A DNA stretch of 63,665 bases, counting the filler, from Rhabdomonas costata (lineage: Eukaryota), in the NCBI GenBank assembly GCA_019059605.1. It is 53 parts of 53 records of this genome, joined end to end, with 100 filler letters (N's around TTAATTAATTAA, not from the genome) between each part and the next. Parts side by side here need not be neighbours in the genome. Positions count along the whole stretch, not along the records: positions 1 to 1,104 come from JAHMHO010028429.1; positions 1,205 to 2,307 come from JAHMHO010028430.1; positions 2,408 to 3,512 come from JAHMHO010028431.1; positions 3,613 to 4,715 come from JAHMHO010028432.1; positions 4,816 to 5,919 come from JAHMHO010028433.1; positions 6,020 to 7,123 come from JAHMHO010028434.1; positions 7,224 to 8,327 come from JAHMHO010028435.1; positions 8,428 to 9,531 come from JAHMHO010028436.1; 45 more parts are not named here. One strand, 5' to 3'. Shown piece after piece: positions 1 to 10,120 of the stretch; the stretch's first letter is position 1; each line of letters opens with the position of its first letter. Under the pieces are notes generated by a model. That model was not told where the DNA came from, searched no databases, and was given only the letters and a program-made list of their open reading frames with translations. Both the position numbers and the translations under genes were made by a program.

Positions 1-180
1 TTTGTTGTGGGAATGCCCTGCTTCCCAGCAATTGCAATCATCGAAGCAGGGCATTCCTTCAAAAGCATACAGCGGTCCAAGACACACATGAAAAGTGCAG
101 AAGCCCGGAATTAATCCAAGCAGTCCGCAACCGTTAAAGACGCACAAGCCGGGGACGTTCTACATTCACGCACTCAACAC

Positions 181-1104
181 CTGTGCAGCACTCCGTCAGG
201 TTGCAGACCGCCGCGGAGCACAGTGTAGACGGGCTTTTTGGGGTTAATCCCGCGGGGCAGGTGTAGTTCACACTGCCGCATGTCGGCCGAAGTGACCCTG
301 AGCAACAGAGATCGTATATATGAATACATTGCCAAGGGTAGACTTTCACGCACACCTCGTGGCGGAAAAATCTCTCCCCTGCGTGTCCGCACTTCGAAGC
401 GCAAACGCACCACAGATGACAAAATAGCGCAAAAGCGAAGTGAAAGCTGAACAAAATGCAGACACACCCGTGCAACAGTCCGTCAAGTTGCACCCTTCCG
501 ACGCACAGCGTGTGCTGGCGCTCTTCTCGGCGTACCCCATAGGGCAGACGTAGCCCACACTTCCGCATGTCAGCTGAGCTGGAGGGAGAACCCACAATGA
601 AAACAAAAAGGGGGTGTCAATGCTTGCGGCGCAGAAAAATGCTGTCCTCCCCAATCGCCACCCTCACTGAGCGACAGCCAACCACAGTCGCCATATGGAG
701 AATTTCGAGAAGGCCAAATCACAACAAAAAGACAGAAAACAACCGCAGGCTAACTAAACCAGCTGCCAAAAATCACCTGGCAGCACGCACATCCGTGTCC
801 CTTGACAAATAGCAACGCTTGGGACTGCGCACGCAAACGATATGGGAACTATTTTCTGTGTACCCAGTCTTGGGTGAGCACAGAGGGCATTGCAATGGAA
901 GAACGCGGAGAACTTTCACATCTGTGGGGTGCAAAGATCGTACTTGAAAGACAGCAGCACTTTCGCTGAGGGCGTCGGTGTGTGTGTGTGTGTGTGTGTG
1001 CTGCAAACACGGACTCGCAGGATCGGCCCCTTCTTTCGTATCAGAAAGAATGTCGTTGCACCTGTGCAGCAGTCCGTCAGGTTGCAGAAACTCGAGCTGC
1101 AGCG
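181..1104 (-). CDS. Cys-rich repeat protein, internal exons (1104-1062 partial, 578-468, 297-181), one 6-Cys module per exon
   Basis: AG/GT-bounded phase-1 exons encode ..RCSSSFCNLTDCCT, QLTCGSVGYVCPMGYAEKSASTRCASEGCNLTDCCT and SLRPTCGSVNYTCPAGLTPKSPSTLCSAAVCNLTECCT. Confidence 0.85.
978..1000. repeat. (TG)n microsatellite, intronic
   Basis: Direct sequence. Similar tracts at 3148-3185, 28741-28780, 54381-54406 and 61134-61152; (CT)n at 20844-20894. Confidence 0.95.
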
Positions 1105-1282
1105 NNNNNNNNNNNNNNNNNNNNNNNNNNNNNNNNNNNNNNNNNNNNTTAATTAATTAANNNNNNNNNNNNNNNNNNNNNNNNNNNNNNNNNNNNNNNN
1201 NNNNTTGTTTTGGGGTGAGCTCACGAAAAGTGCACAGCAGCACAGCGGTGGGCCGATGTTTTTCTGTTTCCGGTTCTCATAG

Positions 1283-1956
1283 GGCTGAGCACGTTTCCGT
1301 CGGCATCCCTGGGGTTGAGCCCTCCCTCGGGGAGGGCTCGCCAGAAGAGGGGAAGTTGCCCGTTCCCCGCAGTGACGCCCTCCTGATCGTTTACGGCTGC
1401 TCTGAGGCTGGTGGCAAGAAGAGGAACGTGGTGTGGCGGTGAGAAAATGTTCATGGTCGCGGTTGTGGTGTGGTAAGCGTTTTAGGAACCAGAGCTAACT
1501 TCAGCGATTTCATTTCACCAGTTCCTTCGTTGCTTGCCTTGTGTCACACGTTCTTTAACCCAGTAACGTTCCGTTTTCCTGAACGACCTCTGGTTTTCAC
1601 AAGGGCGAAGAAGAAAGAGGTTGAACGTCCACCTGCATCTGCCTCACAGGTTTCGCAGCTCCGAAGCGTTGTGCATTAACCTGGCCACACTGAGCGCCTT
1701 TCGGCTCGACCTTCGCTGCCGCCCCAGTCAGCGCTGTGGGGCCTCCTTGTGCACTGTCCCTATTCCCCTACCTCCCAGCGACAGCCTAAGCCCTGGCGGT
1801 GCCCGGACGGAGCCAACCGAGGAGGCCCCCTCGCCGCCCCCGTGGCTCGTTATGTTTGGGGGCCGCGGGTACAGCACAGGGCTGTTCTACGCGGACCTGA
1901 ACCGCCTTCAGCTGGCACACCTCAGCTCAAGCGTGCCCCCAGAGCTGCAGTTGGCG
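1283..1956 (+). CDS. Kelch-repeat protein, exons 1283-1438 and 1650-1956
   Basis: A phase-2 GT-AG intron joins RAEHVSV...ALLIVYG...WR to FRSSEALCINL...PSQRCGASL...WLVMFGGRG...FYADL. These match kelch blade motifs (R-x-x-H/A ... hhhhGG). Confidence 0.75.
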
Positions 1957-2407
1957 GTACGCTCCAGCCCCGCAGCCCCGCGGACAAAGTGGATCCTTCC
2001 GAGGAAGGGAGGAAGGGACTGCAAACGCACGATGCAAACTAAACTAAAACTTAACTGAAGGAGTTGATTGAGTTCTGCACTCGCACCCCCCACCTACCGC
2101 GCTCCGCACACAGAGCGGCGGCCGCGCATTTCCAAACAATGATTGGGGGGGGGGCTTTGGATGAGAAATGGCAAACGGCACCTTCGAAGGCATGCCCGAG
2201 CAGATGGGTTGTCAATCATTAGCGTCCGAGGTGGGCAAACAGCGAACATGCTGGCAGCACAGTGGCACAAATGCTTAGGGAGAAGAAAAGAGTGCGTTGC
2301 CATGATTNNNNNNNNNNNNNNNNNNNNNNNNNNNNNNNNNNNNNNNNNNNNTTAATTAATTAANNNNNNNNNNNNNNNNNNNNNNNNNNNNNNNNNNNNN
2401 NNNNNNN

Positions 2408-3146
2408 CAGAAGCAGCGAGAGGAGAAGGAGGCTGATGTCGAAGCAGTCTCCAGCTTGCCATGCCAGGGTTGTTGTCGGAGACACCACCACGCTGGGCTG
2501 TGCGCATGTGGTTGCATTTTTTTGGTACAAAATTATGTGTGTGTGGGGATTCCCGCGTTCGAAGGTCAAAATGCGCCGAAAGCAACTGTTGCCGGTCTGA
2601 AATCCTTGAGGGGAAATATGCGGATTTTCTTTATAAAAAATGAAATATGCAAGTGTGGTTAATTCTGAATTTGGGCACCACACCCGAGCGATGCCATTAT
2701 CACTGGGCCGGTCGGGTGAGTTGGAATGAATCTAGGCCACCTGGTGCCGTCTAGACAGCGTGTCTAGACTCGCCCGGGAATAGGTATCGCACAAAATCTT
2801 GGAATGTGAGGCACCGCAAGTGCGAATATGTCAAACTCAAAAGTGATTTGATGTGGGTTCTCATTCCGATCCATTCCACTCCGCGAACAAGGTTGGAGAA
2901 AGAAAAGGGAAACAGTCACCAGCTTCTCCGGGTCCTCAAGAGGCTGGTAAGTGATGTAATTCGCTACATATTTGGCGCAGGTGTCATAGTCATACAGTTC
3001 CCCGTAGGAAAGTTCGGTGGGTCGAGCAAAGGTACACACGAACTTCTGTAAAAAGGAGCAGATACACGCCAAGCAAGACTGCAACAAACTTTTTTATGTG
3101 AACGATGTGGCGACTTTCCGAGACAGAGGAAAAGACTCTAGAAAGT

Positions 3147-3187
<41 letters not shown>

Positions 3188-3512
3188 CTCCACCCAGGCA
3201 AACTCGCACCTTGATTCCGCACTCGTTCAACGGCGACAGCATCAGAGGAGGCCGTTCAGGAAAGAGTTGAACGTATTGCCCTCGGAAGTGCTCGACAAAC
3301 TCAAGGCACAAATCTTCCTTCGGTGAGTTCGAGCGATAAGATGTCGGGAAAGTCATCTGCTTTGGAAACTGTACGAGAAAAACACTCTAATTAGAAGCCC
3401 AATTGGCGTGAGCTGGGGTTTGATGCCAGCTTCCGGTGCTATACCCCAAGTAAGGAAGGAAGGAAGGAAGGAGGACAACCTTGCGCAAGCGTTCGAGCTT
3501 GGTCATCGCATA
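2408..3512 (-). CDS. DRC7: Dynein regulatory complex subunit 7 (CCDC135/FAP50), N-terminal exons 3512-3480, 3368(or 3356)-3210, 3045-2920, 2497-2408
   Basis: Spliced peptide FPTSYRSNSPKEDLCLEFVEHFRGQYVQLFPERPPLMLSPLNECGIK|KFVCTFARPTELSYGELYDYDTCAKYVANYITYQPLEDPEKL|PSVVVSPTTTLAWQAGDCFDISLLLLSLLL matches the conserved DRC7 N-terminus. All introns are phase-0 GT-AG. Confidence 0.93.
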
Positions 3513-6502
3513 NNNNNNNNNNNNNNNNNNNNNNNNNNNNNNNNNNNNNNNNNNNNTTAATTAATTAANNNNNNNNNNNNNNNNNNNNNNNNNNNNNNNN
3601 NNNNNNNNNNNNTTGTGGTGGGGGGGGTGGGGGTCGCAGGCATCGAGTCTACGTTCAACTGCTTGTGCATGCAATAGATGATCAGAACAGATGCTGTGGT
3701 GAGCATGCCAAGAAAAGAACACCGATGGGCCCGGCGCAAACTACGAGCCGACGCAAGGTGGCTTCTCTGCCCGAACGGAGGAGGCCGAGGGTTACGTGGG
3801 CCACATGCCAATCTGTCCGTGCTGATGGGCTGTGTGTAACGCGAATGCTGTCAATCCAAAACAGGTCAAACTATCACTGTCGTCTATGTGACCCCGTTGT
3901 GAACACCTCAGCTGTGCTGCAATCGCACAGCTGCGGCGGGTCATTTCGCTCACAGTGGAATCTAACAAGCACGCAAATGTGCAATTATTGAGGAGTGCAG
4001 AGTGCAACGTTCCTGACTTTTTAAATTGCACGCAGCCTTGAAAAAACCACTATATAATTTGCTGGTATCCAAAACACACAACCACAAAATTCAAGAAACC
4101 GTGAAGGGTGCTGTCCTTCGACCCACTTGCAGAGGTTGGAGTCAGGAATCTCCCCATCCCAATCCTTCTCCAAAGCGAGGCGTTGCACACCGTGGTACAC
4201 ATCCATCGGGCTAGACAAATGAAGACCCTGCACAATTGTGAGAGCCCTCAAAGCCAAGCGTACCCTCAATCAATTGATCGGCCACAGAGCAAGGCCCTGC
4301 AGCTACGCAAACAAGGTAGCACAGACAGAGGCAGGAAAGGGTACAATACAGAATTATACAAATGATCCCACAAACCCCAAAGAGAAATTACACATGGGTC
4401 AGGCAGGAGATTAGTGAGATTGGCTAATTCCATTCTTTGCGGCGAACCGACTCGGAGGCACCGTGGCCAAGGTCTTGCCATCAAATTTCATCACCACGGA
4501 AGCCCGCCAAACAGCGAGGACATTGGAAAGCCCTCGGAGTACCGCCCGGTCCCAAAGGGGAGCCCAAACGGGTCAACCTCCGCCTGCGGTCCAAGATGCG
4601 CCAACGGAAGCAACAGCCACACTGCGACATCAATTCCACAGCAACACCGAAACCAAAACCAGTATACATCAGACCATCAAATCAAAAATGGGAAAGACGG
4701 AAGATCCCACCAAAANNNNNNNNNNNNNNNNNNNNNNNNNNNNNNNNNNNNNNNNNNNNTTAATTAATTAANNNNNNNNNNNNNNNNNNNNNNNNNNNNN
4801 NNNNNNNNNNNNNNNGGGGTGGGGGTTTATGTGAGTGGACTCCGCGGTAGTTGCTGCTGTTGTCATGTTTCACCAGGGTCTTCCTTCATTGACTGCTTGA
4901 AAGCTTTTGTTTTTGTTACTCCCTTCAAAATGTACTGTTTTCCCGCACTCACGTTCTCTTCTCTTTGCATCTGTGCGGCTGTTGTGTGCTCAGGACTTTG
5001 AAAACTGGACTTGTGTGTGTACAGCATTGTTGATTAATAAATTGTATAGTAAAACAGTTGGATACAGGTAGTTTAGAGTACATTTTGAGCAATGTTACCA
5101 TTTAAGCCGTTGTTAAGCCTCTTCTAAAACTGTAGAGTCTCATGTGAAAATACTTTGATGTCAATTATGTTGATTACGTTGACGTTGACATCATCCTGGT
5201 TATTTTAAACGTTGATTAGTTTTTCCAGTACAAAATACTTTTCCATTAGTTGGCAACTGAAAATTGTCCAGATCTCTAAATCACAAATAATAATTAACCA
5301 TGGCTCCAATAGCCACAAAAACCTAGAGTAACTAGAGTATTTATCACTGTTGGTGTGCAAAGTCACATTTAAAGTTGAAATCATTGACAGAACTAGTATC
5401 ATCTAGTAGACGAGAACTGATGAATGTACGCAGTTTAAAAACACATGATTTTCAGACAAGTAGATATTTTGTTTGAGTTCTAGTTCAATGATGCATGTCA
5501 GAAAACTGATTTGTGCCATCCAACACTGTATTCATAGTTACTGTGACAGGGATAATTTCTGATGTTCTTCAAAATAAACGTGTTAGGATTCTATGTGTTC
5601 CGCGCACATTTCGTGATAGCTAATCTATAAATTAACGTAGTATAATCACATATGAATGATTAAAGAGAGAGTTTTAATCATCATATCTAGACTAATGTGG
5701 ACGTTCACACTTTTCTATCTAGCATTTATACCTAGCATTTATGATTACAGGTGAAGTGACTACAAGCAATGATCCATTCTAGTCGATGAACTTCTCGTGA
5801 CGATATACTGAGTGTCCTTGCTGCAAACCACAAATTGCTTGCATCTTAAAAACGAACAGTCACCACCATTTAAAGTTGGTTCTTCTTGCATTTAACAACA
5901 AACTAATTACCCCAACCACNNNNNNNNNNNNNNNNNNNNNNNNNNNNNNNNNNNNNNNNNNNNTTAATTAATTAANNNNNNNNNNNNNNNNNNNNNNNNN
6001 NNNNNNNNNNNNNNNNNNNGTGGGTTGGGGAAAATCCAAGGCCCACGTACGGTATGCGGCATTTGGTGCCAACTGGTCAGAAACGGCGAAGTGCAGTGCT
6101 CACTGGCTTACCTCTTTTTCGCCGCTTCCGATTTGTGGATCTCGATCTCCCGCATTGGGGTCGCCGTAGATTGAGCTTTTGGCTTTGGAGGGGCCCCGAA
6201 CAGCTCTGCTGTTGTGTCGAAATAAATGAATGCATGAGGGTCTGGAATTATGTTACTGCGATGGAAAATTGACACCAGTGGCTGCAGATGTGCTTTCCCT
6301 TCAGTGAGTGGTAAGTTGTCAGTAAGTGGTAAGTTGAGGGAGCGTCCTGAAAGACTTTGTACGTGATGTAGCCCCGCCCAAAGGGTGTACACCGACGAAG
6401 GATGTCCAGGAGAGCTTGGCTCGGAGGCGGTTCTTTTTTGCTTCAGATCAGACTTTTTGTCGTTTGTATATGAGCCTCAAAATCATAACGTAAAAAGGCA
6501 TA

Positions 6503-6854
6503 AGTGCATTTATGCCCCCCCCCCCAACCTGCTGGAACCCGCACATGCACGTCCAACAAATGAAAGCCCCAAGGATCTTGGGCCACGGAACGCAAAGGAG
6601 CGGCCCAAGACATCCCGGAAAGAGTCCCAAGGGACACGTGCATCACCACTAATACCCTGCAATTTCCAGTCCCAGGGGACCTATACATCTCCTAACCCCC
6701 TGCAAAAGCCTCTATTAGAATCCCAGGGGACGCGTGCATCACCTCCTAACCCCATGCACTCCCCAACTCCCCAGAAGGGGCCCATAAAAGCTCTAGTTCA
6801 CAGCCCAAACAGGGTGGACCCTTTCTTTGGAGGGGAGGGGGGCATAAATGCACT
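6503..6854. mobile_element. MITE-like element with 17-bp TIR (AGTGCATTTATGCCCCC) and three internal ~45-bp repeats
   Basis: 6503-6519 is the reverse complement of 6838-6854. An internal TCCCAGGGGAC..GCATCACCTCCTAACCCC-like unit occurs three times (6624-6758). Confidence 0.6.
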
Positions 6855-6985
6855 AGCGCCCGTAAAAACAAGAACTTGCGAACCACCCTAGTTCTCTCGA
6901 TCGCACATTCTTTTTTCCTGGAAGGAGTGATGTGCGATATCTTGTTGTTGCCGCGTTTTTTCGAATGGGGGGATGATTTGTGCAG

Positions 6986-7112
6986 TTCAAGGTCAACGGC
7001 CCCGCGGGGGACATTGCCCTGCCGCGCGCGCATCAGCTGCAGAGCGGGGTTACCGGGTCCTGCAGCTTTGTCGCGTCGATCCCTGGTGAGTACACCATCT
7101 GTGTGATGACCA
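6986..7112 (+). CDS. GOLD-domain (p24/emp24-like) exon; a filamin-type Ig repeat is an alternative
   Basis: After tgcAG the exon reads FKVNGPAGDIAL...GSCSFVASIPGEYTICVM, resembling the GOLD pattern 'V.GP.G...G.F.F.A...GEY.IC'. Confidence 0.55.
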
Positions 7113-7272
7113 ACACCCCACACNNNNNNNNNNNNNNNNNNNNNNNNNNNNNNNNNNNNNNNNNNNNTTAATTAATTAANNNNNNNNNNNNNNNNNNNNN
7201 NNNNNNNNNNNNNNNNNNNNNNNGGGTTTGTGGCGAAGGAACTTAGAAAAGGAATCTGACCCTTTCATTTCG

Positions 7273-7722
7273 CTACTGTTGTGCATCAAGGATGGTTGTT
7301 TTCAGTGACTTCCTCACCCTTTTCTCTGTGTCGTACAAGTGAAGGTATGCCAGAACTTCTTGCAGCTCGTCATCGTTCGATAACCTAGAGTACCTGGCAC
7401 GCCCGACAAAGTTCAGCTCGGTCTCGGGCTCCGAAGACTGACTCGGCAGCGCGGCTGGACACATGGGTGGAGCTGCGCTCGCAGGCTCTATGATCGGTGT
7501 GGCCTGCGGAAGAGACGAAGATGGAGTCAAAAACTCCAAACTTGAAGTCGATGTCAGCGAGCGTACACAGATGGCCCCATGCAGTAGGGGCGGCGGAAGC
7601 TCCTCTGCGGGAACCAGATCCACCAGCGTGGCTTGGGCCATGTGCTCCACTTGGGCCCTCGTGGCGCGGTCGCAGGCCACGGCCACACCCAGCCGCCGGG
7701 CATGCCTGGCCAGGAAGAACAC
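7273..7722 (-). CDS. Hypothetical protein fragment
   Basis: 149-codon ORF with protein-like composition (..SNDDELQEVLAYLHLYDTEKRVRK..). No family recognised. Confidence 0.35.
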   Translation of the reverse strand: MFFLARHARRLGVAVACDRATRAQVEHMAQATLVDLVPAEELPPPLLHGAICVRSLTSTSSLEFLTPSSSLPQATPIIEPASAAPPMCPAALPSQSSEPETELNFVGRARYSRLSNDDELQEVLAYLHLYDTEKRVRKSLKTTILDAQQ

Positions 7723-7819
7723 TGAGGTAACCTAAACAGAGTCAAACGAGGCGAGCACTACAGGCCAGACAAGAACCCCTTTCTCCAAGTAACCGCCCTT
7801 GGCTCCCTCACTCTCGACC

Positions 7820-8327
7820 AAATCCTATCCAACTCAGCACCAGGCCCATATGCGCCCCGAGCAATCCGGGTGCACCAGGACACACTGGACAGGGGTATAC
7901 TTGATCGATCGCTCAAGAGTCAGAAGCTGCAATGGGTTGCGAATCATCTGCTGTGGAAAAGCTTTGAGGGATGGAAGGACCTAATCTTTGCTGGAGGGGG
8001 CGACCACAGCAGACCATACCAATCCATTCAAAAGCCCGCCTTTTCTGCGATAGTTGCTCTTTCGTCCCACTCAAGCGTACTGACCTCCTGCTACCAGCTG
8101 TTAAGCACACAACTAACTGAAACAAAAATGCTCAACTAAACATCCTCGGACATTCTCGGATGTGCTCAGTCATCACTTCACCAACAACGCAAACTCCACA
8201 TTCCACACCACTGTGCCGAAGATCTGGAAGCTGTGGTGCTGCTCCGCCCCCACATTTCCGAACAGAGCAATCCCCGAGGCCACCGCAGCCCGCACCCTCA
8301 CACAGAACCCTGAGGACCCCAACAACC
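7820..8327 (+). mobile_element. Possible degenerate L1/Tx1-type non-LTR retrotransposon, post-RT region
   Basis: A/C-rich strand. Frameshifted peptides GILDRSLKSQKLQWVANHLLWKSFEGWKDLI and NSTFHTTVPKIW...TLTQNP resemble the 'GL.D...LKW...W' and 'F...W...L..NP' segments of Tx1 ORF2. Confidence 0.35.
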
Positions 8328-8429
8328 NNNNNNNNNNNNNNNNNNNNNNNNNNNNNNNNNNNNNNNNNNNNTTAATTAATTAANNNNNNNNNNNNNNNNN
8401 NNNNNNNNNNNNNNNNNNNNNNNNNNNTT

Positions 8430-8757
8430 TTGGTTGTGAAAATGAAAACGGTTGTGTACCTTTCCTCCAGTTGCCTTCTCCTGGGCCCCTGGAAACGAAA
8501 GTTTCCGAAGGAAACTGACGTTTCCCCGATGTCCCTTCATTCTCATCACGTTCCTAGACATTCTCTTTTCTTTTGTCGGCCCCCTCTTTCCTTCTTCTCT
8601 CTCCATTTATTCTTGACGGTTTTGCAGTATGTGAACTGCCACGGCCCCAACGATGTACGCAACCCACCTTGATTGTGAAAATGAAAACAGTTGTGTACCT
8701 TTCCTCCAGTTGCCTTCTCCTGGGCCCCGGGAAACAAAAGTTTCCGAAGGAAACTGT
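8430..8757. repeat. Two diverged ~88-bp direct copies ending in the hairpin AGTTTCC-GAA-GGAAACT
   Basis: 8430-8517 and 8670-8757 differ at about 4 positions. The same hairpin core occurs inverted at ~40274-40300. Confidence 0.85.
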
Positions 8758-8899
8758 AGTTATCGGATCTTTATGCAACTTGTTTGTTCCCGTAACGAAA
8801 CGTAGTGCAGTGTAGGGTTTAGATACGAGAAAAAGGAAAAAATCTACCTGTGTCTCTGTGCGACTGTGTGTAGACTGTGTGTGGTCTATCCGATTAAAA

Positions 8900-9360
8900 A
8901 CTTGGGAAATAATTCGACGATTTCAATTTTCTAACCCAATACCCCCCTCATGAAATAATTTAATTTTTGGGCCCGCGGACATTGCCAAAATTTATTCTCA
9001 AAAAACGCCAAAAATTGCGTTTTTGGACTATAGAAGTATTCTAGTCCATCTAGAAAAATGTGACCCATTCCCACATTTTTGTGTCGTAGAACACCAAAAA
9101 CACGGTTTGGTGCTTCTATTAGACTATCTTGCCTCGGTGGTACCATGTAAGGGTCTAAAATGGGGTGTCCGGGGTGAAAAAATCGACCCTCCGGAAATCG
9201 ACTCAACATGACGTTTTTGACGTCGGTAGTTGGGAAAAACGCGTCTTTGTGCGGATTTGAAAGATTTTTGAGGCTCTGATGACGGATTGTTTTTGGCAAA
9301 AAGCCTTGAAAAGTGGGCTTTTTGGCGTCAAAAAGGGCTTCAAAAGGGGTGAAAATGAGG
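8900..9360 (-). repeat. Dispersed repeat with phased A/T tracts, copy 1
   Basis: 9083-9360 is clearly homologous (reverse complement) to 48898-49225, e.g. TCATTTTCACCCCTTT..GACGCCAAAAAGCCC..TCGATTTCCGGAGGGTCGATTTTTTCACCCCGGACACCCCATTTT. Confidence 0.85.
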
Positions 9361-9631
9361 GAAATTTGACCCCTTTTGGAAAGTGGCCCAACGGTACGTG
9401 GAAGGTAGTGGAGTGTGAATTCCAGGCATAGGAGCGTCTTCTAACAAGCGCGAAGGCTGCGAAACCGTGAGGAAGGGTCAGAAGGGTGGGCTTCCCACCC
9501 TCCACTCAGTAGGTGTAAACCACGGGGCCAGNNNNNNNNNNNNNNNNNNNNNNNNNNNNNNNNNNNNNNNNNNNNTTAATTAATTAANNNNNNNNNNNNN
9601 NNNNNNNNNNNNNNNNNNNNNNNNNNNNNNN

Positions 9632-10120
9632 CGCGAAGGAGGAGGCGTGGAGGCTAGGCGAGCCTCCCTGCACTGCAAACTCACTCCGGAGCAGTTCATG
9701 CAGAGCCACACCATGCTGGAGGTCACCGTTGGGGGGCAGAAGGTCCGTGCCGCGCCCCGAAGGTTCCGCACGGGCTCCTTTGGATACTTTGCCAGCCGCA
9801 AGGTTGCCCTGGCCGTGGCCGGGCGACGGGTTGTGTTTCAGCTGCAGCTCACAGCTGTGGCAGTGAACTCGAAGCCTGGGAAGCTTTCCGGTCGGAAGCA
9901 CTCAAGAGGGTCCACTGTCCAGACTCTGCTTAGCTCTACCTCTGCAGTGCGGTCACCAGGCAAACAACTGCCGACCAGCAACAGGCCAGCTCCAAGTTGC
10001 GCAAGCTCCATTCCCGACGCTGCTCTGGTCACTGAGGTGGAATCTGCAGCAGCACCTCCAGCGAAGAAGAGAAAGCCGGGCAAACAGAGCAAAATGGACA
10101 TGTTTGTGAACAAAAACTGA
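9632..10120 (+). CDS. Terminal exon of a nuclear protein: small 'F-x-TGS-x-G' domain, low-complexity linker, NLS and PIP-box-like C-terminus
   Basis: GC-rich open frame from the contig start: CKLTPEQFMQSHTMLEVTVGGQKVRAAPRRFRTGSFGYFASRKVALAVAGRRVVFQLQLTAVAVNSK...PPAKKRKPGKQSKMDMFVNKN*. A 3'UTR-like region follows. Confidence 0.8.
   Translation, partial: REGGGVEARRASLHCKLTPEQFMQSHTMLEVTVGGQKVRAAPRRFRTGSFGYFASRKVALAVAGRRVVFQLQLTAVAVNSKPGKLSGRKHSRGSTVQTLLSSTSAVRSPGKQLPTSNRPAPSCASSIPDAALVTEVESAAAPPAKKRKPGKQSKMDMFVNKN

Noticed and set aside
777..921. Possible extra Cys-rich exon (QCPLCSPKTGY...IVC...RCYLSRD)
   Set aside because: It is 145 nt, breaks phase-1 symmetry and lacks the terminal CC in frame. 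At best a decayed module.
1149..1160. Regularly spaced TTAATTAATTAA resembling a CRISPR-like or periodic array
   Set aside because: It is an N-flanked artificial linker. ORFs ending in X..LIN are by-products, and adjacent contigs have no biological synteny.
5418..5508. TGATGA...CTGA suggesting a box C/D snoRNA
   Set aside because: No terminal stem or recognisable rRNA guide; such motifs are expected by chance in AT-rich DNA.
8931..9299. Similar ORFs at 8931-9299 and 48803-49282 suggesting a protein family
   Set aside because: The similarity is from a non-coding A-tract repeat; the peptides are F/K/P-biased, as expected from homopolymer runs.
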